Below, piece by piece: positions 1 through 10,301 of a DNA stretch of 64,000 nucleotides. Origin of the DNA: Tortispora ganteri. Its lineage: Eukaryota. The notes under the pieces were generated by a model that did not search any database, was not told the DNA's origin, and saw only the letters and a list, made by a program, of their open reading frames with translations. The stretch's first letter is position 1; every line of letters starts with the position of its first letter. A program made the position numbers and the translations under genes. The stretch spans positions 248,001-312,000 of the forward strand of contig PPNB01000007.1 of assembly GCA_003707115.1 (NCBI GenBank), in the 5' to 3' direction.

Positions 1-1
1 T

Positions 2-334
2 CCAGAGAAACCTCTCTCTGATCTTGGTTTGCTATCATATCGTGCTTATTGGGCAGATTCGATTATTTCGCTACTCGTAGAGCAGCAGAACAAAGAGGCT
101 ACGATTGAGGATATATCGAATACCCTAGCAATGACCACAACAGACGTATTGCATACTCTTCAGGCATTAGGATTGCTGCGGTATTACAAGGGCCAGCACA
201 TCATATGTCTAACTAACACAGCGCTTCAGCATTATGAAAGAAGCCAGAAGAAGAAGAGAAGAACCATAGATCCTTCTAAGCTACATTGGAAGCCACCAGT
301 TTTTACAGCTGCTCAGCTGCGGTTTGCATGGTAG
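2..334 (+). CDS. ESA1: MYST-family histone acetyltransferase, NuA4 catalytic subunit (C-terminal part; 5' end outside window)
   Basis: Frame from base 2 reads PEKPLSDLGLLSYRAYW...LRYYKGQHII...LHWKPPVFTAAQLRFAW, the characteristic Esa1 C-terminus. Confidence 0.95.
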   Translation, partial: PEKPLSDLGLLSYRAYWADSIISLLVEQQNKEATIEDISNTLAMTTTDVLHTLQALGLLRYYKGQHIICLTNTALQHYERSQKKKRRTIDPSKLHWKPPVFTAAQLRFAW

Positions 335-393
335 CGAGCTAATGAATGTAAAATACTGCAACATTAAATAAACGAAATGGATTAGATTTGATG

Positions 394-2169
394 TCATGAC
401 GTTGCCGTTGGTTTGACTGCAGTCTTTTTCTTTGCCTTTGGTTTGGCAGATTTGCTACGTTTAGTCTCAAGCAGGCGCTCCATTTCAGCCTGACACAAAC
501 CAGCCAAATGACGAGCCTCTTCTCGGCAAGTGAATATTTCAGGTAGTCTATAGGAAATCCATAGGTAGGAATTTAAGCCCATATGGAGAACCTCGAGGTC
601 CTTGAGCAGTTCTGAAGAGTCTGTAGTCTGGTCCACGATTTTAGAAATTACAAGATCTTTCATGCTGATAGGCGTAACTGGTTCGCCCTTCTGCACTGCT
701 CTGACGAAATTGTCCATGAGCTTGACAAGCCTTCTGTCTCGGCCAACAGGAACAGGAGCCTGGCAGCATGTGACAAGCTCTTCTATCGTCAACACATCAG
801 AAGGGCCAGTAATGCAAGAAGCTGTGTCTACCATTCCAGAGATTCCACATAAGTAGAACATGTCCGATGCGGACGAATTAGGAGACTTAGCTATTGTATC
901 AAAGACGACAGAAGGGGGAACCGTAGCGTCAAAAGCAGATATGAGGTCAGAGAAAAGTTGACCTCCAGGCATAATGCCTGCTTGTGTAATAGGTTCAGGT
1001 TCTGTCTGCATACATTGTTTTATATAATCATAATGTCTGGCATGAAACGTGGTAACCAAACCAGGAGTAGCTTTTGGAGCGCCGAACTTGAATCTACCAG
1101 CTCGGCCACCAATCTGACGAGCATGTGGTGGGTCTATTAAATTGAGGTTTTCTCCGTCAAATTTCTCTGCTGCAGTGAATATCACCCGGTCTATACTCAG
1201 ATTGAGACCCATACCGATAGCATCTGATGCAATCAAGATATCATAGCCAGATTTGGGGTCGTTAAAGTGTGCCGCCTGCGACGCTCGTACTTCAGGTGGT
1301 AATGCGCCATATATAATTGCGCATCTGAATTTGGTCTCCCTTTCGACTCTGGCCTTCCATTCGAATATGGACCTGCGCGAGAAGGCGACCAAACAGTCAC
1401 CGGGACGCAAGTTGTCTAGCGATATTACCGGAGATTTATCCATTTCTAGAGGGCTTAAACGCTCGTAGTAATTCACTTCTATTTCGTCGCCCACGAGCGC
1501 CGCAAGCGACTTCAAGAACGGGACCGTGCGGGTCTCTCCACACAGATGGATCTCTTTAGCTTGCAAGCCAAGCAACGCCTGTGTCCAGGCAAACCCACGA
1601 CCAGGGTCAGCAATCATTTGTATTTCATCCAAAACTGCAGCATCTACCACCGTACTGAGACTGACCATCTCCATTGTAGACGAAGATAACGGGGCGACTG
1701 ATCCGTGTTCGTCGATATCGTAGGATATCTCTTCCCCTGTAATCAGGTTACATCTCGTTCCCTGGGCTCTAAATCTGTCAGATACTTCACGAGCTAGTAG
1801 ACGCAGAGGTCCTCCGAATAAGCCGCTTTTGACGGTTTTCAAGCGCTGCAGCGCGTTGTATGTCTTACCTGAGTTCGTAGGCCCGGCATGGACAATCCAC
1901 TTGCGGCGCATAGCACGTGCTTTGGGGTAAGCCTCCCAGGGAGCATCTAAGTACTCTCGGAGAGATGATTGCAGCTTTTGAGAGACATGGACATGCCCTT
2001 TGCTAGAGTAGTAGGTCTCTGGAGGAGAAGGAAGCGGGAGGTACTTGTTTTTATCGGGCTTGAGCCTTCTAACTCGTTTCTTGGAGCCTTTGGTATTCCA
2101 CGAATAAGCCGGAATAGATCTAAACCGTGTAAGCGCAGGACATCTCCTTATTAGAATCGGCCGATGCAT
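394..2169 (-). CDS. SUV3: Mitochondrial degradosome RNA helicase Suv3
   Basis: HAGPTNSGKT, GPLRLLARE, DEIQM, DAIGMGLNL and QIGGRAGR motifs; first ATG at 2169 gives an Arg-rich mitochondrial-type presequence (MHRPILIRR). Confidence 0.93.
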   Translation of the reverse strand: MHRPILIRRCPALTRFRSIPAYSWNTKGSKKRVRRLKPDKNKYLPLPSPPETYYSSKGHVHVSQKLQSSLREYLDAPWEAYPKARAMRRKWIVHAGPTNSGKTYNALQRLKTVKSGLFGGPLRLLAREVSDRFRAQGTRCNLITGEEISYDIDEHGSVAPLSSSTMEMVSLSTVVDAAVLDEIQMIADPGRGFAWTQALLGLQAKEIHLCGETRTVPFLKSLAALVGDEIEVNYYERLSPLEMDKSPVISLDNLRPGDCLVAFSRRSIFEWKARVERETKFRCAIIYGALPPEVRASQAAHFNDPKSGYDILIASDAIGMGLNLSIDRVIFTAAEKFDGENLNLIDPPHARQIGGRAGRFKFGAPKATPGLVTTFHARHYDYIKQCMQTEPEPITQAGIMPGGQLFSDLISAFDATVPPSVVFDTIAKSPNSSASDMFYLCGISGMVDTASCITGPSDVLTIEELVTCCQAPVPVGRDRRLVKLMDNFVRAVQKGEPVTPISMKDLVISKIVDQTTDSSELLKDLEVLHMGLNSYLWISYRLPEIFTCREEARHLAGLCQAEMERLLETKRSKSAKPKAKKKTAVKPTATS

Positions 2170-2395
2170 CTCTCGCGTTCGTATTTGCGCGTTCGATAAA
2201 TAGAAAGAAAGCGTGAAGTTATCGATTTTCGCACCTTTAGGCAATTAAATTTCCCAAGACCGCTGCAACTGTAACGGTTTATTTCCCAATTCCCTTTCAC
2301 TACGCCAATTTGTCTACAATTTAGCTTCTACTCAGCCCGGCCCCTCCTAATTCTTCCAAACTTAGCAATATATTTATACCAATAAGAGCGCGCAA

Positions 2396-4510
2396 ATGAG
2401 CCTGAGAGAGTTAGCCCGGAGCCAGGTGATAAACGCACTTGACGCTGTTCAACCTGCTAACAAGTACAAGTTCCTCGTGGTCGACGACTATGTTTACACG
2501 CTGCTCTCTTCGCTTTTCGGCCAAGACGAGCTACTGAACCACAATATCACAGTTATCAATAAACTCACCGACAACAGACCTTCAGAATCATCATTTGAAG
2601 TTGTATATCTCATGGCTCCTACAGATTTCAATATCGATATTGTATCTGTAGACTTCTCTATATCACCCAAACGATACGCAGCTTGCCATTTCGTCCTCAC
2701 ACAACCGTTTCCGGAGCACTTGGAAGCCAAATTGTCTAAATTACCCGTCGCAAACCATGTAAAGTCAATGCAACAAATCTACCTTGATTTTATTGTTCAT
2801 GAGTCTAATGTCTTCTCTTTCAACGACCACCTAGACATACACCGTTTCTACCATAGAAAGTGTTTGGACTTGGTCGTGCCTGCCGCCCAACGCACTGCAG
2901 AGCGACTAGCTTCTCTGTGCGCGCTCGTGGGAGAGTACCCTATTGTTCGATTCTACCAACCTGCAGATACAGCTTCGTTTGATGCAGCGACACTTCCTAG
3001 CCTACTAGCATCAAGTTTCCAGGATGCCCTAGACTCTACCCTGCGCGCCAATCCGCAACTCCAGCCTAACATAGAATCAGGCCGACCAAGATCTGTGTTT
3101 CTCATTTTGGACAGAGCGGTAGACTACTTTGCTCCGCTACTACATGAATTTACATTTCAGGCTATGGCATACGATATTCTCGGGATATCCCCTGATGACA
3201 ACTCGTATACCTACAAGTACGTCAATGCGAAGGGCCGTTCAGAAAGAACTACAGCACAGATCGACCCCTATGACTCGGAATGGATATCGCTGCGTCATAA
3301 ACACATGCAAGAAGTCAGTAATATCCTGATGAAAAGCCTCGACAAAATGAAACAAGATAATCCTGACTTCTTCAACACTTCTAGTGGGCCTGGATCGGTA
3401 TCGCAAATACAGGACATGCTTGCTAATGTTCATATATTTAATGATACAAGAGATAAATTCTCCTTATATTTACAACTCGCTCAAGACTGTATGAAGGCAT
3501 TCAATGAACGCGACCTTGATCTAATAGCACAATGTGAACAATCGTGTGCGACAAACGAAGCACCAGACGGCTCTTCTCCTCGAAACCTTGCAACAGATTT
3601 AGTCAATATGTTAGCAAACCCCCAGGTTTCATTATCGGATAGAGCTAGACTCATTGCTATATATTTGCTTTATAGAAATGGGCTATGCGAAGCAGATATA
3701 AAGAAATTGTCTATGCACGCACAGATCAGGTCACAAGCGATAAAGTCTCTTCAGAACTTAAAATATATTGGAGCGCCGGTCTTAAAGGATCTAGGAGAGA
3801 AGCGTTCAAAAAAGCATACTAAAATAGGATTTGGCGAGCCTTCAACAGAGGACGTCTTCGAGACATCTCGCTATGTTCACGGAGTTTCGCGTATACTTGA
3901 AGCTCTAGTGAATGGAAATTTGAGTACAGAACAGTTTCCTTATTTCAGAGAAGCCGAACAAGAAGAGACGTCTCTTGCTCATAGCGGTTCGATGAGGAAC
4001 CCGAGACAAAGAGCAGCATGGGCTAAAAGCCCCGACAAACTATCTAAACTGAAGCAAAGGATATTTGTTTTTATACCTGGAGGAATAACTTTTTCGGAAA
4101 CGAAGGCGGTATACGATATTGGCGAGAAATATAACAAGGAAATATACATAGGCGGCTCTTGCATACATACACCGAAAACTTTTATGGACGATTTATACCA
4201 TTTGCATATGCAACGAGAAATGCTACTTCTACCTGAAGACGGAACTGCAGAAAAAGTTCCTGAATATCTGAGACGGCCGAATATAAAGCAATCATCGCAG
4301 TCCGAACCTCATATTGCAGGATATCACAGCAATTTACAAAGCGGACAAGCAGCGGCAACAGCGTCCGTACCTGCGTCCACATTGGCGTCAACAGCAGTTC
4401 CTACTTCGCATGATCTGCCTCTAAGGCAAAACAGTCTAACTCCTGACCTAACCAAGAACAACGAGACAAAGAAGAAAAAATCAAGCCGACTAGCGCGAAT
4501 GTTCAAATAA
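2396..4510 (+). CDS. SEC1: Sec1/Munc18 (SM) family vesicle-fusion protein
   Basis: KFLVVD, GEYPIVRF, DYFAPLLHEFTFQAMAYD, LRHKHM, IFVFIPGGITFSE motifs. Confidence 0.92.
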   Translation: MSLRELARSQVINALDAVQPANKYKFLVVDDYVYTLLSSLFGQDELLNHNITVINKLTDNRPSESSFEVVYLMAPTDFNIDIVSVDFSISPKRYAACHFVLTQPFPEHLEAKLSKLPVANHVKSMQQIYLDFIVHESNVFSFNDHLDIHRFYHRKCLDLVVPAAQRTAERLASLCALVGEYPIVRFYQPADTASFDAATLPSLLASSFQDALDSTLRANPQLQPNIESGRPRSVFLILDRAVDYFAPLLHEFTFQAMAYDILGISPDDNSYTYKYVNAKGRSERTTAQIDPYDSEWISLRHKHMQEVSNILMKSLDKMKQDNPDFFNTSSGPGSVSQIQDMLANVHIFNDTRDKFSLYLQLAQDCMKAFNERDLDLIAQCEQSCATNEAPDGSSPRNLATDLVNMLANPQVSLSDRARLIAIYLLYRNGLCEADIKKLSMHAQIRSQAIKSLQNLKYIGAPVLKDLGEKRSKKHTKIGFGEPSTEDVFETSRYVHGVSRILEALVNGNLSTEQFPYFREAEQEETSLAHSGSMRNPRQRAAWAKSPDKLSKLKQRIFVFIPGGITFSETKAVYDIGEKYNKEIYIGGSCIHTPKTFMDDLYHLHMQREMLLLPEDGTAEKVPEYLRRPNIKQSSQSEPHIAGYHSNLQSGQAAATASVPASTLASTAVPTSHDLPLRQNSLTPDLTKNNETKKKKSSRLARMFK

Positions 4511-4559
4511 GAGCTTGTGAATTTCTTATTAACATCATATTCAATATAATCATAATTTC

Positions 4560-5288
4560 TTAAAAGGCCCTGTATGATTTTTCTCCAGTGTCCGACTCAC
4601 TAGCGTCGTAAAGGCGACCTTTGTCGCCTGCAAGGTCCTCTAATATATCCTGCACACGGGCCTTTGGCAGTGACAAGGCGGTAGAAAGAGAAGATGCGGA
4701 TACACTGTTTTCCTGAGCCAGCTGGATGATTCGGTCAACTAAGGATGTGCCATTTGCGGCGGCTGATTCGGGTTTGCGCTTGCTTGACAAGCCTATGGTT
4801 TTCTTGACATGAACGAGAGCAGACTCGATCATATGATACAGGTACTCATTTCTGTCTTCTACGATACGAATATGCGACACGGCCAACGAAGGTGGCAGCG
4901 CAGAGCCCTGGGATTCGTCAAGTCGTATCCTGATAAAGCCCGTTATGGCGACACATATGCCGCGTTGGAGCGCGTTTAGATCGAAAGTCTGCAGACTGAT
5001 TCTGGCTGAGAGCGCAGCCTCTATTGAGCCGGATCCGTCTACGATTATGAGGCTTTTCGGTGGAGAGGCGGGATCGCCGTCACCAGCAGCATTAACGGCC
5101 ATGATCATAGCGACCACAGAGACAGAAGAAATAGGCGCGTTATCGATCACGGGCTCGTCGTCGACATTACTACACGTTAGGATCTGTTTAATAGTTACTG
5201 GTCGGAGAGGGTAGTGCGTCCATTCAACGTTGCCTCCAGAAGATTGGTTGCGGTCAAATTGAGCCAGGAATCCTCCTCCTTCTGACAT
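4560..5288 (-). CDS. RFA2: Replication protein A middle subunit (RPA32-like; OB fold plus winged helix)
   Basis: N-terminal GGGF, LRPVTIKQIL, DGSGSIEA, NEYLYHMIES; ATG at 5288; MCB element upstream. Confidence 0.8.
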   Translation of the reverse strand: MSEGGGFLAQFDRNQSSGGNVEWTHYPLRPVTIKQILTCSNVDDEPVIDNAPISSVSVVAMIMAVNAAGDGDPASPPKSLIIVDGSGSIEAALSARISLQTFDLNALQRGICVAITGFIRIRLDESQGSALPPSLAVSHIRIVEDRNEYLYHMIESALVHVKKTIGLSSKRKPESAAANGTSLVDRIIQLAQENSVSASSLSTALSLPKARVQDILEDLAGDKGRLYDASESDTGEKSYRAF

Positions 5289-5336
5289 GATTGTTGGCAG
5301 ATGGCGAAAATAAAGTGCAGATGGTGAGTCAATGGC

Positions 5337-5342
5337 ACGCGT
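5337..5342. promoter_or_regulatory. MCB element (ACGCGT) upstream of the RFA2-like gene
   Basis: Exact ACGCGT about 50 bp upstream of the ATG of a DNA replication gene, a typical MBF target class. Confidence 0.55.
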
Positions 5343-5500
5343 CACGGGCTTGAGAAAGGTAAATAGGCGAGGGTCGGTTGCGGGGAGATTAGCGGTATCT
5401 GCATAGCAACCAGGTTATATTGGTTTCAGGGCCCACCTTTCCTTCCTTCTTCTGCCCTCTAGATTTTCAGCCGCAAGAAACACTATTCCCTTGCTAAACA

Positions 5501-7801
5501 ATGGTCAGGCTGCGGGATCTTGTTAAGGAGTTTAACAAAGAGCTTGTGGAAACTAAAGTTGAACAGAGCGAGGTGCCGCCGGCGCTAGAGTTGGCGATCT
5601 CGAACTATGTGACACTGCACCACTCGGAGCCTAGACAACAGGAAGAGCTGAAATCTATATGCTACAAAATCCGCGATTCGTCGGTGAAATTGACAGTTTT
5701 TACGAAATGTCTAGTTCTTCTTGCTTCTGCAATAACCAGTACCAAATACGCCAAAGAATGGTTCGACCTGATAATCTTGCCGTCGCTATATCCATCTGCT
5801 CGGATCGACAACACCCTTCTGAAGGCTTCACGGACTTTTGCGTCCACAATGATGCTACAAGAATATTCAAACGATTCTTCAAGTCGGATCAGCGTATCTG
5901 AGGAGTACTCGCGTCTGTTACTGGACATGTTCAAAGATGAACTGCAAGATCCTGAAAACTCGCTTGATTCCCTTCAGGTAATATGTAAGAATATACTAGA
6001 GACGCTGTTACCGTATGCTAACCAGAGATCGTTGCAGTTTTACACCATTCTCGATTCATATTATACAGATGCAAGTTTTCGGCCAGCGATAATATTCATC
6101 TTAAACGCAATCGTGTCGAAGCACCCCCCGCATCTCTACTACATCCATCGGTCCCCTTTGCTAGAACATATCCTCGACTTCTGCCTCATCGACGAAAACT
6201 CCACGCAAGTAACCGGCAGCGCAATAGGACTAGCAATGATACTACCACATATTGCCAATGTTGTTGCACCCATGTTGCCAAAACTGCTCGCTGTTCTCGC
6301 TAGACTCATATGCTGGGATCTTTTGCTGCCTGAAGAGGAGTCTGTACAGGAAGAGGGTGCATCTATTGATGCTCTAGAATCTCTTAATAAAGATCAGGCA
6401 ATTCCAAGCAATTCTTGGATGAAATTATTTACTGTCCTTTATGGAATGTTCCCACATAATGTGCTCTCATTCTGTACCTCACCACATGCTTATCTCACCA
6501 AGAACTCGTACAATGGGCCTCTTAATATCAGCGACATATCTGCAGACGTTCGACTAAGAAGTCGTATTGCTATTGAACGACATCTTTTGCATCCTTTGTT
6601 CATTCAGCTAAACAATGAGTCCGAGCTCGAACCAAGAAGATGGGAACAGTACGTAGATTCTGAGACTATAGCTGCTGAGTGCTTTTCTCTTGATACAGCA
6701 AACAGCACTGCAGAAAGTTCATTCCAGCCAGTGGCGTCACTGAGTTTGTACAAACCACAAGCTGCTCTTGATAAACTTGATGAGAGTCTCAATGAAGAGG
6801 AACTGCGGTTGAAAGTGAACCAGTTACAAGAAGCTCTACTGCTATACCAACGACACAGTTTCATACTCCACAATGATCTTAATTTTGAGTTATATCTGAA
6901 ACAACTTCATAGGGTTAAAATTAACCAGTTGAAGCAGAAACACCACGATGATGTTTTGGATCATGCGTCATTCGAATCTATTGTCACCACAGCTAAAGTG
7001 CTCAAGACCAGACTAGCTCGCATAGAAGAGGAATCATCACGTATGCGCCACCAAAACTCGGTCTACCGTTCAGAAAGGTACAGATACGAGCAGCAGTTGT
7101 TAAGCAAAAATAGAGAGCTGAAAGCACAAAGAGATAAACTAGAATCTGAGAATGATGCAACCAAAGTTGAGCTGCAGTCAAATAGAGAGCTGATAGAACA
7201 GTTAAAGAAGACTTTGATAGATCAGCACGAGAAAATAGCATCAATGGAAACAGATCTCACATATGCCGCATCATTAGCCAAAGAGCTTGAAATGGTTAAG
7301 CTGAAAAACAAGGAGTTGTCTATGTTACTTTCTATTCATCAGACTCCTGTACGAGAAAACCTCAATGAGCAGATTGCGGCGCTTGAATCCGAGAAGCTGC
7401 TGCTTAAGGCGCAGGTAGCGCAGATGAAGAAAGAAATCACCGAAAGAGAAGCACGAGAAGAGCAATTGCATAAAAGTTTCTTGAAAAAAGAGCAGGATCT
7501 ACGGAATGAAAAAACAGCGATGATAAATGCAATCCAAAAGAGTGCTGATGAAGTAGTGCGGGCACTACAGAAGCGGTTCGATGAAGCTGAGACATCTAAA
7601 ATTTTGTTATCAAAGCAGAAAGATGTATTAGAACAGAAACTACATGGCTTAAACGTGGATGAAAGAGGAACTAAGAGTTATGAGCAACGTGCTCAGCCTA
7701 TAATGATTCCACAAACGAATGACAAGTCCAGTAGTAACACGTCTACTCGAACGTCTTCTCAAGGGCGATTATTTCGACAATACGGTACAAATACCAATTA
7801 A
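5501..7801 (+). CDS. TSC1: Hamartin (TSC1) homologue
   Basis: LAMILPHI...LLAVLARL and LFTVLYGMFPHNVLSF hamartin-type motifs, LLHP motif, long C-terminal coiled coil (LNFELYLKQLH). Confidence 0.85.
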   Translation: MVRLRDLVKEFNKELVETKVEQSEVPPALELAISNYVTLHHSEPRQQEELKSICYKIRDSSVKLTVFTKCLVLLASAITSTKYAKEWFDLIILPSLYPSARIDNTLLKASRTFASTMMLQEYSNDSSSRISVSEEYSRLLLDMFKDELQDPENSLDSLQVICKNILETLLPYANQRSLQFYTILDSYYTDASFRPAIIFILNAIVSKHPPHLYYIHRSPLLEHILDFCLIDENSTQVTGSAIGLAMILPHIANVVAPMLPKLLAVLARLICWDLLLPEEESVQEEGASIDALESLNKDQAIPSNSWMKLFTVLYGMFPHNVLSFCTSPHAYLTKNSYNGPLNISDISADVRLRSRIAIERHLLHPLFIQLNNESELEPRRWEQYVDSETIAAECFSLDTANSTAESSFQPVASLSLYKPQAALDKLDESLNEEELRLKVNQLQEALLLYQRHSFILHNDLNFELYLKQLHRVKINQLKQKHHDDVLDHASFESIVTTAKVLKTRLARIEEESSRMRHQNSVYRSERYRYEQQLLSKNRELKAQRDKLESENDATKVELQSNRELIEQLKKTLIDQHEKIASMETDLTYAASLAKELEMVKLKNKELSMLLSIHQTPVRENLNEQIAALESEKLLLKAQVAQMKKEITEREAREEQLHKSFLKKEQDLRNEKTAMINAIQKSADEVVRALQKRFDEAETSKILLSKQKDVLEQKLHGLNVDERGTKSYEQRAQPIMIPQTNDKSSSNTSTRTSSQGRLFRQYGTNTN

Positions 7802-7836
7802 AATAACAACACTATGCATTATATATAACGCTAGGA

Positions 7837-8579
7837 TCAGGGAGCGAGTCTTTGCATTTCCCAATCAGCGCTGGTGCAAGATTCGTCACGTCGATAGATT
7901 ATGCGATCATGCAACCTGCTCGGGCGGCCTTGCCAGAACTCTATAGCGTAAGGTATTATCCTCAGGCCGCCCCAATGCGGCGGACAAGGTATTTTAGATT
8001 GCCCTTCAAATTTTTTGTTCATCTCTTCGACCATATTTTCGAGTTCCGTCCTGTCTTTGATGGGCTTGCTTTGAGGAGAAGCCCAGGCGCCTATTTGGGA
8101 TCCGCGGATGCGGGTACTGTAGTACTGTTGTGATTCTTCGTACGTGATACGTTCAGTGATACCCTCGATTCTAACTTGCCTGTGCATGTCGTGCCAATAG
8201 AAAACGAGGGCTGCGTGTGCATTAGTGCGAATATCGGCGGCCTTGTGAGACGTTTCCCAGTTCGAAAAGAGTACAAATCCCTTCGCGTCCAGCTCTTTGA
8301 GCAGTACAACACGGGACGATATCTTTCCTGAAGGTAGCTCTGCAGTAGAAAACGTCATAGCCTCTGGCTGTGGCAACCCGGCGTCCTTTGCGGCATCAAA
8401 CCATTTAGTGAACTGCACAAACGGATCATTGGATACCTGTGATTCCCACAGCTCGCCGTCATTATACTGTTCAGCCGGCTTATTAAGATCTATAGGTTAG
8501 TACAACATGTTAATCACCACTTTCCCACTAAACAACTCCACCACTTACAAATCAGCTTTTCTGGAATTTGTGTGTCCAT
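7837..8579 (-). CDS. PDX3: Pyridoxamine 5'-phosphate oxidase; two exons (8549-8579, 7837-8489)
   Basis: SRVVLLK, RQVRIEG, SQIGAWASPQS, IEFWQGRPSRLHDR; splicing 8490-8548 joins MDTQIPEKLI-Y-LNKPAEQY in frame. Confidence 0.93.
8490..8548 (-). other. Spliceosomal intron in PDX3 (59 nt)
   Basis: GTAAGT...TACTAACCTATAG on the minus strand; removal restores the reading frame. Confidence 0.88.
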
Positions 8580-8650
8580 GGTTATTACTCGAATGTTAAG
8601 CCTGACGGTGGTACGACTTTCCTTCCCCGGATACACTCACAAAGATACTA

Positions 8651-8659
8651 TCACGTGAC
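8651..8659. promoter_or_regulatory. E-box TCACGTGAC (Cbf1/bHLH-type) in the PDX3/GH125 divergent promoter
   Basis: Exact match in the middle of a 150-bp divergent intergenic region. Confidence 0.4.
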
Positions 8660-8729
8660 TAGAACTACACCTTGGGCAGGATCTACCATTGGCCGTCAGC
8701 CAACACCAAAGACGCATCTCTTACCGACA

Positions 8730-10283
8730 ATGCGCTTCTTGCTGTTGCATTTCATGGCACTCGCCTGGACGCTGGATGTCTACGAGAGCTGTCCGCCGTA
8801 CGATGAGTATTCCAAGCGCACACACCCGCCTTTCTCTAATGGCGAGCTACACCTATCGTATCAGAGGCCATTACCAGAATGCCGGACTTTTGTTTCTCGC
8901 GCTGTTGACCAGCTTATCGAAGATATGAAGGATTATATATCCGATCCAGACCTTGCGCAGTTATTTGAGAACTGCTACCCCAACACACTCGACACCACGA
9001 TCCGGTGGCACGATAGTAATCAAGAATATCCGAAGACATTCGTGGTGACGGGCGATATAGATGCCGAATGGCTCAGAGACTCTGCCCACCAACTGTCCGT
9101 ATATATGCCATTATTATCACACGACAACAATCTTAAGCAGCTTGTGCTAGGTGCAGTAAACCAGCAGGCAGAGTACGTGCTCAATGCGCCCTACTGTAAT
9201 GCGTTCAATCCGCCGCCTGGAAGCAATATTCGTGGCAGACCAATGACTGGCGACAGAGTCACTCCTTCTTCGTTTGATATTGATAATGTATTTGAATGCA
9301 AGTTCGAAATAGATAGTCTCGCATCTTTCTTACTGCTTTCTGCACAGTATTACGAAGCTACTATGGATATGTCTTTCATGACTGACACCTGGTTCGAGGC
9401 AGTACAACTTGTCTACGATGTAGCAAAACTCTCGCAAACTGGCTCCTATGCAGAGACTGGCAAATACATCGCTCCAGTTTATACATTCAAGAGATTTACA
9501 GAGATAGGAACTGAAACGCTCGCATTGAACGGCCACGGATTTCCTATTCGCGACGGCACAAATCTCATCAGATCCGCATTCAGACCGTCTGATGACGCAA
9601 CCACTTTCCAGCTGTTTATCCCGGGAAACGCTATGTTCGTTTCTGCAGCCAGAATGCTCTTTCCTGCCCTTAGGGACGCTAAAGCTGACGATATACTGGA
9701 TAGCTATACAACTCTCGCCGACGAAATAGAACACGGGATCATGGAATATGGCACATACACTCACCCCAAGTATGGCAAGGTCTTCGCGTATGAGGTAGAC
9801 GGATACGGCGGTATTGTTAATATGGACGACGCTAATCTTCCGTCACTGCTATCTTTACCGCGTTTCGGCTTCATCAACGCCTCAAACCCGCTCTATTTGA
9901 ACACGCGCAAAATGCTGCTGTCTAAAGACGGAAACCCCTACTATCTTCAAGGTGCAGCTATTTCCGGAATAGGTGGTCCTCATGTAGGAACTAAACATGC
10001 ATGGCCAATGAGCCTTCTGACCGCAATAATGACTTCAGACGACGACGAAGAAATCTTGGACCTTCTAAAGATGGTCAAACGATCAACAGCAGGATTGGGC
10101 CTTATGCACGAAGGCGTCAACGTAAACTATCCTCAAGACTACACGCGTTCTTGGTTTGCTTGGTGCAATTCAGAGTTCGCGCGTACCATCCTGGACCTTG
10201 CTCATCGGAAACCTCACCTTATCTTCAAGGAAGGTGTTCCCGCGTACGGTGGTATAGATGGCGCAGCAAGTCCTCGAAAATGA
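8730..10283 (+). CDS. Glycoside hydrolase family 125 (exo-alpha-1,6-mannosidase, DUF1237) with signal peptide
   Basis: LFENCYPNTLDTT, TGDIDAEWLRDS, ECKFEIDSL, FRPSDD, MDDANLPSLL, TRSWFAWCNS; ATG at 8730 starts hydrophobic MRFLLLHFMALAW. Confidence 0.9.
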   Translation: MRFLLLHFMALAWTLDVYESCPPYDEYSKRTHPPFSNGELHLSYQRPLPECRTFVSRAVDQLIEDMKDYISDPDLAQLFENCYPNTLDTTIRWHDSNQEYPKTFVVTGDIDAEWLRDSAHQLSVYMPLLSHDNNLKQLVLGAVNQQAEYVLNAPYCNAFNPPPGSNIRGRPMTGDRVTPSSFDIDNVFECKFEIDSLASFLLLSAQYYEATMDMSFMTDTWFEAVQLVYDVAKLSQTGSYAETGKYIAPVYTFKRFTEIGTETLALNGHGFPIRDGTNLIRSAFRPSDDATTFQLFIPGNAMFVSAARMLFPALRDAKADDILDSYTTLADEIEHGIMEYGTYTHPKYGKVFAYEVDGYGGIVNMDDANLPSLLSLPRFGFINASNPLYLNTRKMLLSKDGNPYYLQGAAISGIGGPHVGTKHAWPMSLLTAIMTSDDDEEILDLLKMVKRSTAGLGLMHEGVNVNYPQDYTRSWFAWCNSEFARTILDLAHRKPHLIFKEGVPAYGGIDGAASPRK

Positions 10284-10301
10284 TATAAACCCATTAAATA
10301 C

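Noticed and set aside
8568..8729. ORF-track N-terminal extensions from non-ATG starts (also 2170-2244, 5289-5345, 24120-24185, 36346-36549)
   Set aside because: They begin at TTG/GTG and run through promoters or neighbouring exons; downstream ATGs give proper signal peptides, presequences or conserved N-termini
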